DNA from: Planctomycetota bacterium
Lineage (GTDB): Bacteria > Planctomycetota > PLA2 > JAEUHO01
Length of the DNA stretch: 64,000 bases
Direction of reading: 5' to 3'
NCBI GenBank assembly: GCA_965222115.1
Contig: CBDCTJ010000007.1
Span: forward strand, 576,001 to 640,000
Position numbers and translations under genes: made by a program. Below, in pieces: positions 57,571 through 64,000 of this stretch. The notes below the pieces were generated by a model that was given only the letters and a program-made list of their open reading frames with translations, searched no databases and had not been told where the DNA came from. How positions within the stretch are numbered: the first letter of the stretch is position 1; each line of letters opens with the position of its first letter.

Positions 57571-58497
57571 ATGAACAGTGCAACACTTCGACGAAACGCC
57601 GTACGCGCGTTTCTCTTGGCCACGGCGGTGGGGACGCTCGCGTTCATGACCACGCGCGTGGATGCCGCCTCGCCCGAAGGCTGGCATCAGTCACTCAAAG
57701 ACGGGTTGGAAGCCTCCGCCAAGAGCGGCAAGCCCCTCTTGCTTGTCACGCTCTGGAAGGAAAAGGTGTGAGCACCGTGTGATAACTGGCGTGCCCAGGT
57801 TCAAACTCACGACAAGTTCACCCCATTTCTTAGCCGTGTCGAGCCCGTCGAGTGGCGCTACGACGGCCTTGGCGGCAGCATCATCAAGTGGACGATGGCG
57901 CAAGGCAGCAAGAGTGACCATCCAAGCGTGTTGATGTTTTTGGTCGGCACCAACGGCAAGGCTACGTCACTGCTTGACAAGGGCGGCCAGTACAATCCCG
58001 GCTCGGCATCCAAGTGGTTGAAGGAAGAACTCACCGCGTATGAACGCGCCCATCCGCGCACACGCGTACCGCTCACGCGTAGCGAGATCGAAATGACGGG
58101 CGAAGGCGACGGCGCCACGTACACGTGCAAGGCATTTGACCAAGCGCGAAAGGACGACGCACCTACCGTCGTTTATTTCGGCCGCGATTCCTTTCAAAAG
58201 GGCGATAAGGCGGGCAAGAAGCAGAACAAGCGCTGTCGGTCCTTTGAAAAATCAGCGCTCGGAAGCAAAAAGGCGGCGAAAGAAGCTGAGGGCTGGACCT
58301 TGTTGCGTGTGGATCTCGCCGATCCTGTGCATACGGGCTGGGCCAAAGCCCATGGCGTAACCGAGGCACCGGCCATGTTGTTGTGGCCCAAAGGTGCAAC
58401 CGAGGCGATTCCCGTGAAACGCAATACCACCGGTGGCAGCTTGGCGTTTCTTCTCAAGAAACACAAGTTGGCGCCGGAGCCGGTGGAGGCCAAGTAA
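57571..58497 (+). CDS. Putative secreted thioredoxin-like selenoprotein (Sec at TGA 57769-57771, UxxC motif), 308 aa
   Basis: Signal peptide, then WHQSLKDGLEASAKSGKPLLLVTLWKEKV-TGA-APCDNW. The frame stays open after the TGA and joins track ORF 57895..58497; a hairpin follows the TGA. Confidence 0.85.
57778..57810 (+). promoter_or_regulatory. Candidate bacterial SECIS element
   Basis: GTGA-T-AAC-TGG-[CGTGC loop]-CCA-G-GTT-CAAAC-TCAC stem-loop; the loop starts about 18 nt after the UGA and has G in its second position. Confidence 0.55.
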
Positions 58498-58507
58498 GGC
58501 GTCTGCG

Positions 58508-59065
58508 TTAGTCGCGTCGAAACACCCAAGGAAACGGCTCAATCTTGGGCATGACCAAAAGCGCCCGATCCCAATGCAAGCCCAAGGGCTCGGGTGCGAC
58601 AAGTTTGCCATTCTTCGACGTTGTTGTCGTGACGAGCTTCGTGCCCTCAAAATGCCATGTGCCTCGGTTCGTCTTGAGATTCTTCTCGTAGGGCGGTAAA
58701 TCGTAGACACGCATTTCAAAGCGACCGTTATCCAAGAACTCAACTTCTGCTTTTTGTCGGTCCGCCATTTCGTGCGAGCGCGTGATCAAGTCGTTCTGAT
58801 CCTTTTCTGACATCTTGAGATAGTCCTGCGCACTTTCGACGGTATAGGTTGTGAGCCGATCGCGAAAGTCCTCTGCATCTCGATGCCACACGCCCACGAT
58901 GGCTTTGCTGAGCAGCGATTCCTCCTTCTTTAGCGCCGCCTTATTCTCCGCGTCCGCGTCGACGCTTGCGGGTGCATCCGACAAAGGCTCGCCGCACGCT
59001 GCCAAGAGAAGCGGGAGAAGGGCGGCGGTTAGTAAAGCGCCTCGATGAAACGCGGTGTGAATCAT
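58508..59065 (-). CDS. Putative lipoprotein
   Basis: Lipobox LLAAC; IVGVW and GTW motifs are lipocalin-like. Confidence 0.7.
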   Translation of the reverse strand: MIHTAFHRGALLTAALLPLLLAACGEPLSDAPASVDADAENKAALKKEESLLSKAIVGVWHRDAEDFRDRLTTYTVESAQDYLKMSEKDQNDLITRSHEMADRQKAEVEFLDNGRFEMRVYDLPPYEKNLKTNRGTWHFEGTKLVTTTTSKNGKLVAPEPLGLHWDRALLVMPKIEPFPWVFRRD

Positions 59066-59202
59066 CTACGTATCGTCTCACAAATCTATGCCAATCTAAG
59101 CGGCAACTCGCCGCGTCGTATCCCGTAGAATGACTCTTGCACGGGCGCATCGCGCTGCTCTGTGCGTGGTGAAATCGACGACGGCATAGAGTTGATGAGG
59201 AC

Positions 59203-59928
59203 ATGGCGTTGACGTCTACACATGCGAATCGGTGCGTCGTAATTACCGGCGCAAACCGCGGTCTGGGACTGGAACTCGCTCGGCAGCTCACTGAGCGCGG
59301 TGAGCAGGTGATCGGCACCGCGCGCGACCCGGCGACAGCCGAGGCGCTTGCAGCGCTACGCCCCCACGCCCTACTTCGGCTCGACGTCGGTGACACACCA
59401 AGCGTCCGGGCGTTTCAAAGCGAACTGAACGCCCTCGATGTGAGCGTGGACCTGTTGATCAACAATGCCGGTCTCAATGTGACGGCCTTTGGTGGTGAGC
59501 GTGAGTCCAGTCATGTCCTCAGTGCCGATCCTGATCACGTGGCAGGAGAGCTGCGAGTAAACGCGATTGGTCCCATGCTCGTTGCACGCGCCGTCGCTCC
59601 TCATATGCGAGATGGCGGCGTCATCGTGAACGTATCGTCGCAGCTTGGATCAATGGAGGTCGCCCGCATTCACCTCAATGACATTGGCTACAATATGTCC
59701 AAAGCTGCACTCAACATGGTCACGGTTGCCTTGGCGGGCAAACTTGGCCCGCGCGGCATAACAACCGTTTCCATCCATCCCGGTTGGGTCAGTACGGACA
59801 TGGGCGGCTCCGAGGCCCCACTTACCCCCAAAGCGTCGGTAACGGCTATGCTAGGAACGATCGACAAGCTCACGGCGGCCGACAACGGCACGTTCCTCAA
59901 CTGGAATGGGACGAAACACCCTTGGTGA
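59203..59928 (+). CDS. SDR oxidoreductase (CsgA/C-factor-like)
   Basis: ITGANRGLG, LINNAG, YNMSKAALN, HPGWVSTDMGG. Confidence 0.92.
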   Translation: MALTSTHANRCVVITGANRGLGLELARQLTERGEQVIGTARDPATAEALAALRPHALLRLDVGDTPSVRAFQSELNALDVSVDLLINNAGLNVTAFGGERESSHVLSADPDHVAGELRVNAIGPMLVARAVAPHMRDGGVIVNVSSQLGSMEVARIHLNDIGYNMSKAALNMVTVALAGKLGPRGITTVSIHPGWVSTDMGGSEAPLTPKASVTAMLGTIDKLTAADNGTFLNWNGTKHPW

Positions 59929-60586
59929 GCATGGGGCAATCCAAGTCATTGTTGTCAAGCACGATGTGGGCACGTGATTTGGGGTGGCACGTGCTCAAGT
60001 ACAGCTTTTGCCCCGGCATGTAACGACGATCAAAGTGTTCCCGCACCATCTCGCGCTCTTCTGCGCCATGTTCACGACGGTAGCGCTCCCAGTTTCGCTG
60101 CCACGAAGCCTCAAAGGTCACATCCACAAAGATGACAACGTCCCAATGCGATCGCAGGTCGTCGCGCTGAAGAAATATGCCATCGAGTAGCAGGATGGCG
60201 TTTTCGGGCGCGTGTTGCTCCGGCCGATGTACACGCCGATCGGTTCGCCAGTCGAATACGGCGTTTGTGTAGCGCCCATCACCATCGGGCCCAAGCGGTT
60301 CCAGCAACTTGGCTGTGAGCGCATCGCGGTCGTAGGAATCGTGAAAGAACCCCTCGGGCGAGAGCCGCCCACGCCGATAGCGAATGGCCTGCGGGTGATG
60401 GAATCCGTCCACCGACGCACGGATCACAGGCCTGCCCATGTTCACCAACAGCGGCGTCAGCTCGTCGGCGAGCGTAGTCTTGCCTGCACCATCTACTCCG
60501 TCGATGGCGACGCGGACGGTGTGACTCCGGTTCACTTGAGCAATCGCGGAGGCAATGCGCGAAAGTTGCTCAGGACGTGTACGCAT
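59897..60586 (-). CDS. Uridine kinase-like P-loop protein
   Basis: VAIDGVDGAGKTTLAD, SVDGFH, LLLDGIFL. Confidence 0.85.
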   Translation of the reverse strand: MRTRPEQLSRIASAIAQVNRSHTVRVAIDGVDGAGKTTLADELTPLLVNMGRPVIRASVDGFHHPQAIRYRRGRLSPEGFFHDSYDRDALTAKLLEPLGPDGDGRYTNAVFDWRTDRRVHRPEQHAPENAILLLDGIFLQRDDLRSHWDVVIFVDVTFEASWQRNWERYRREHGAEEREMVREHFDRRYMPGQKLYLSTCHPKSRAHIVLDNNDLDCPMLTKGVSSHSS

Positions 60587-60644
60587 GGCTCCAGTATAGA
60601 TTGTATTCGACTCGATCGTGTCGTTGGAGGCACGCTGTTTGCCA

Positions 60645-61283
60645 GTGACAACGAACGACACCACGAAACACGGCGGACGAAGAACCACGCTCGCACTCAC
60701 GGTCTTGGTAGCGCTCTTTGCGCTCATTGGCACGCCGCCATTGATTCATGGCATTTTGCGCTTGTTGCCAACGACCGATACGGATGCCACGCTTGAGAGT
60801 AGGGAACGTGAACCTACTTCCGGCTTGAGTATGCATCGTTTGGCGCATGCGGGGGGCTGGGTGCATTACGTGACATTGGGCATGCATGACGGCACGACGA
60901 AGCGTGTGCGTGTTCCCGAGCGCGTGTATGACCGCTTTCCTGGTTTTCTTGCTTCCGGCTGCACCGTTAAGCTTCGTAGCACAACCCTTGGCAACAAACC
61001 GGTTGCGTTGCTTGTCTCCAAACGGTTGCTATATAAGCCCGGGTCGATTCTCGAACGTGCCATTCGCGGCAAGAATGCGCCCGCAAGCGCGCCGCCCACC
61101 GACGTTTACGATTTGCTTGTGCCCCTTACGGGCATGATCGTGGCCGCCCTGTTCTTCTGGGCGATGGTCTTGTATCTCTTTTTCAAGCTTCCCAAAACAA
61201 TGCGGCATCACCGGCGATGGATGGTGATTGGCGTGCTCATGGCTGTGGGGCTCGGTGCTTGGTGGGCGCTTGCCACGCTTTAG
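60645..61283 (+). CDS. Hypothetical membrane protein
   Basis: Three hydrophobic segments; start uncertain (60618 or 60645). Confidence 0.55.
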   Translation: MTTNDTTKHGGRRTTLALTVLVALFALIGTPPLIHGILRLLPTTDTDATLESREREPTSGLSMHRLAHAGGWVHYVTLGMHDGTTKRVRVPERVYDRFPGFLASGCTVKLRSTTLGNKPVALLVSKRLLYKPGSILERAIRGKNAPASAPPTDVYDLLVPLTGMIVAALFFWAMVLYLFFKLPKTMRHHRRWMVIGVLMAVGLGAWWALATL

Positions 61284-61313
61284 CTTGCATGACCTTCAAC
61301 TGAACGGGTGTCG

Positions 61314-61730
61314 TCAATCTTCGCTATCTGCATTGACCTTCGCGATCCGCGTTGCGAAGTACCACGTCACGTCTTGTGTGTCGATAACGGCAGCAGTGCG
61401 ATCGCCGTAGGGTTGATCGGTCGGGACTTCGAAAGACGTCGCACCTGCCTTGAGCGCCGCGGCGTAGGTCGCGTCCACGTCTTTCACATACATATAGAGC
61501 ATTGATTTGCCCACATCGTGCCCGTCCGGTGGCGTCCCAGTCATGATCAGCGAGTCGTCCACCCGTACTTCGGCATGTTGCACGCGACCATCGTCGCGAT
61601 GGCCGCACACCACGCTTGTCGCACCGAGCACCGTTTCACAAAACGTGATCAGCACCCCCGCGTCTTTCACAACCAAATAGGGCGTGATGGCGTGGTAGCC
61701 CTCGGGGAGGTAAGGCGGACGATTCGACAT
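61314..61730 (-). CDS. VOC/glyoxalase family protein (PhnB-like)
   Basis: ITPYLVV, HAEVRV, YVKDVDATYAAAL, DQPYGDR; GAGGAG RBS. Confidence 0.9.
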   Translation of the reverse strand: MSNRPPYLPEGYHAITPYLVVKDAGVLITFCETVLGATSVVCGHRDDGRVQHAEVRVDDSLIMTGTPPDGHDVGKSMLYMYVKDVDATYAAALKAGATSFEVPTDQPYGDRTAAVIDTQDVTWYFATRIAKVNADSED

Positions 61731-61874
61731 GGCGATGGCTCCTCAACCGGACATCCTATGTGACCGCCGATTGCCGCCCGCTTCGAGCGCTCAATTTGCC
61801 ACAGACCCGCTCTGCCCAACTCGTGCCTACGCTCCCCGCCCCGCTACCATGCCGCCCGCGACACATAATCCCAC

Positions 61875-61964
61875 GGAGGGATAGCCAAGCGGTCGACGGC
61901 ACCGGTTTTGAAAACCGGCGTAGGGTCACACCTACCGGGGGTTCGAATCCCTCTCCCTCCGCCA
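61875..61964 (+). tRNA. tRNA-Ser(TGA)
   Basis: GGAGGGA/TCCCTCC acceptor stem, discriminator G and CCA; anticodon arm CCGGT-TTTGAAA-ACCGG; long variable arm; GTTCGAATC T-loop. Confidence 0.96.
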
Positions 61965-62047
61965 CATTTCGTCTCTCAAGGTCGAGGCTCGCGATACGGC
62001 GCAAGCGCGGTTTCCACCAGTTTGCTTACTACATGTCGCGGGTTCGG

Positions 62048-62434
62048 CTATGGCTCCGCGATGAACCGCGCGACTTCCTCCGAGATTTCCTCGGGGACCT
62101 CATCGAGCGACCGCACTACGGAGATCAAGCGCCTACACCAAACTGTGTGCCGTATCCAGAACGACCGGTCGATACGAAGCAGACTCCGCAAGAGGTCCCC
62201 TGGGTAGAAGTCCCCTTCGGCGAGAGGATCGGCTTCGACAGCTACTAGGCCTAGCGGCACGAGCCACAAGAGCCCGATCTGCTGGCCGATCATAATGCGG
62301 AGGTCCTCGATGGAGAACTCTCCGATCGGTACCGTCCTTAGGCGATGACACGTGGTGACGAGGTGCGAGTTGTATTCTGGCTCGCCCCAGGTCACCACGC
62401 CCTCTAGCTCGTTCAACGTCTTGTTCAAATCCAT
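62048..62434 (-). CDS. CdiI-type immunity protein (CdiI_3-like), orphan
   Basis: TLNELEG..WGEP..SHLVTTCHRLR.VPIGEFSIEDLRIMIGQ..GL..LVP...DPLAEGDFYPGDLL pattern recognised as this family. Confidence 0.78.
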   Translation of the reverse strand: MDLNKTLNELEGVVTWGEPEYNSHLVTTCHRLRTVPIGEFSIEDLRIMIGQQIGLLWLVPLGLVAVEADPLAEGDFYPGDLLRSLLRIDRSFWIRHTVWCRRLISVVRSLDEVPEEISEEVARFIAEP

Positions 62435-62644
62435 GCGTCAGATCCACAATCAAGTTCTTGAGTCTAACTCCGTGTGGCGGCGGCCAAAGCCCAAGCACCG
62501 ATAGCGATCAAAGGGCATGGTATGATCGTCTGCTCCTGCTTCGTTCATTGCTTTCAATACATCGTAAGTTCAGGAATCCTCGCGCTCCAGGGTCTTCAAG
62601 CTCTAAACGGCGAGGCTAGGGAACAGGTAGGCGGTAGTAGGACG

Positions 62645-63100
62645 ATGAGCGCGGAAGCTGTGATTCTCGTGGGTATCCAGGCGACGGGGAAGTCCACCTT
62701 TTATCGGGACCAATTCTTCCGCACTCACGTACGCATCAACCTCGACATGCTCAAGACCCGCAACCGCGAGCACACGCTCCTCGAAGCGTGCCTCAAGACC
62801 GGGCAGTCGTTCGTTGTGGACAACACCAACGCCACGTCCGACGAGCGCGCCCGGTATATCCAGATGGCGCGGCAGGCCGACTTCAAGGTCGTGGGCTACT
62901 ACTTTCAGTCGGCGATCCAGGGAGCACTGGACCGCAATGAGACTCGACCCATCGATGACAGGGTGCCCAAGGCTGGGGTGTTGGGAACGCACGGCAGGCT
63001 CGAAGTACCCTCCCCCGAGGAGGGGTTCGACGAACTTTGGTACGTGAGGATTGGGAACCAGGAGGCGTTCGTTGTGGAGGCGTGGTCCGGTGAAGTTTGA
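62645..63100 (+). CDS. P-loop polynucleotide-kinase-like ATPase (AAA_33)
   Basis: LVGIQATGKSTF, VVDNTN, RN..R, P..EEGFD. Confidence 0.85.
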   Translation: MSAEAVILVGIQATGKSTFYRDQFFRTHVRINLDMLKTRNREHTLLEACLKTGQSFVVDNTNATSDERARYIQMARQADFKVVGYYFQSAIQGALDRNETRPIDDRVPKAGVLGTHGRLEVPSPEEGFDELWYVRIGNQEAFVVEAWSGEV

Positions 63101-63857
63101 AAAACTCGACGACCGGATGCGGGTCTTTGAAACGGCCCACGATCACTGCGTTCTTCCGGGGGTGTTTATGGTCGCGCGACTGGACGGCCGAAGCTTCACG
63201 CGGCTGACGAAAGAAGTTCACAAGTTTGAGGCTCCGTTCGATGAACAGTTTCGGGACCTCATGGTTGCTACGACAGAGCACGTCATGGACTGCGGGTTCA
63301 GGGTCATCTATGGATACACGCAGAGTGATGAGATCTCGCTCCTCTTCCACCGGGATGAGGAAGCCTTCGGTCGCAAGGTTCGAAAGATCAATTCGATCCT
63401 ATCCGGTGAGGCAAGTGCCAAGTTCTCGCTGCTGCTCGGCGACGTGGCTGCGTTCGACTCACGCATCTCGCAGTTGCCTTCACTGTCGCAGGTGGTGGAT
63501 TACTTTAGTTGGCGCAGCGAGGACGCGCATCGCAATGCGCTCAATGCCCATTGCTACTGGACACTTCGACGCGAGGGCCAGGACGCGAGGAAGGCGACGC
63601 ATACCTTGTCAGGCATGAGCATCGACGAGAAGAACGAGCTGTTGTTCCAAAGAGCAGGCATCAACTTCAACGACTTGCCTCAGTGGCAGAAGCGAGGGAC
63701 CGGCATCTACTGGGAGTCCTACGAGACCGAAGGACTCAACCCGGTAACCGAGGAAGTAGCGATAACGACTCGACGGCGGCTCAAGCGGGACTTCACACTG
63801 CCCATGAAGGAGCAGTACAGGACATTCGTTCAAGCCCTTGTTGTGGATTGCGGCTAG
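63090..63857 (+). CDS. Thg1-like protein (tRNA-His guanylyltransferase family, 3'-5' polymerase)
   Basis: RLDGRSF, PFD, YTQSDEISL, FDSR, DAHRN, KNELLF, WQKRG; GTG start overlaps the kinase gene. Confidence 0.92.
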   Translation: MKFEKLDDRMRVFETAHDHCVLPGVFMVARLDGRSFTRLTKEVHKFEAPFDEQFRDLMVATTEHVMDCGFRVIYGYTQSDEISLLFHRDEEAFGRKVRKINSILSGEASAKFSLLLGDVAAFDSRISQLPSLSQVVDYFSWRSEDAHRNALNAHCYWTLRREGQDARKATHTLSGMSIDEKNELLFQRAGINFNDLPQWQKRGTGIYWESYETEGLNPVTEEVAITTRRRLKRDFTLPMKEQYRTFVQALVVDCG

Positions 63858-63936
63858 CTTCAACTGGCACACCATCAAACGTTTTCTACGTGTTGGCAGG
63901 ATCCCACGCGACGTTACGTAGGGAGGCAACAACCAC

Positions 63937-64000
63937 ATGAGTTGGGCACGCCACGCGAAGGAGGTCCTCGGTCGTGGCGAAACGGCCCACGTCCGTCCCC
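63937..64000 (+). CDS. 3'-truncated ORF, possibly a small S24/S26 peptidase-like protein
   Basis: GGGAGG RBS then MSWARHAKEVLGRGETAHVRP running off the window; only 21 codons are visible. Confidence 0.4.
   Translation, partial: MSWARHAKEVLGRGETAHVRP

Noticed and set aside
57541-57771. Separate 76-aa protein, or a nonsense-mutated pseudogene
   Set aside because: The stop falls exactly at the CxxC position with an open downstream frame and a hairpin; Sec readthrough explains this better.
61875-61964. tRNA-Sec (selC), tempting because a selenoprotein gene lies 4 kb away
   Set aside because: The anticodon is TGA (reads UCA, Ser), not TCA, and the acceptor stem is a normal 7 bp.

Overview
Chromosomal origin region of a GC-rich diderm bacterium; gene content and style suggest Planctomycetota (inference). 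It contains dnaA-[oriC]-dnaN-dciA-gyrB, a perfect parS directly upstream of parB, rpmH (missed by the ORF track), a methyltransferase-bshC-bshB1-bshA (N-methyl-)bacillithiol cluster, housekeeping genes, and tRNA-Ser(TGA) followed by an island-like segment (orphan CdiI-type immunity gene, polynucleotide-kinase-like ATPase, Thg1-like 3'-5' polymerase). No CRISPR array, rRNA, transposase or integrase was seen. Most notable observations: (1) a signalling locus at 1-8.8 kb (pseudokinase/TPR/GAF hybrid histidine kinase, a small secreted protein, a sigma54 activator) whose central ~5 kb has low GC, with boundaries that fall inside both intact reading frames and carry mirror-image C-rich and G-rich flanks; (2) an unannotated secreted thioredoxin-like selenoprotein (UxxC motif plus SECIS-like hairpin) split into two ORFs in the track; (3) an in-frame ScpA-Fmt fusion; (4) a second DnaA-box cluster with a sigma54 promoter about 13 kb from oriC. 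All family assignments come from motif recognition by eye; no database searches were run.
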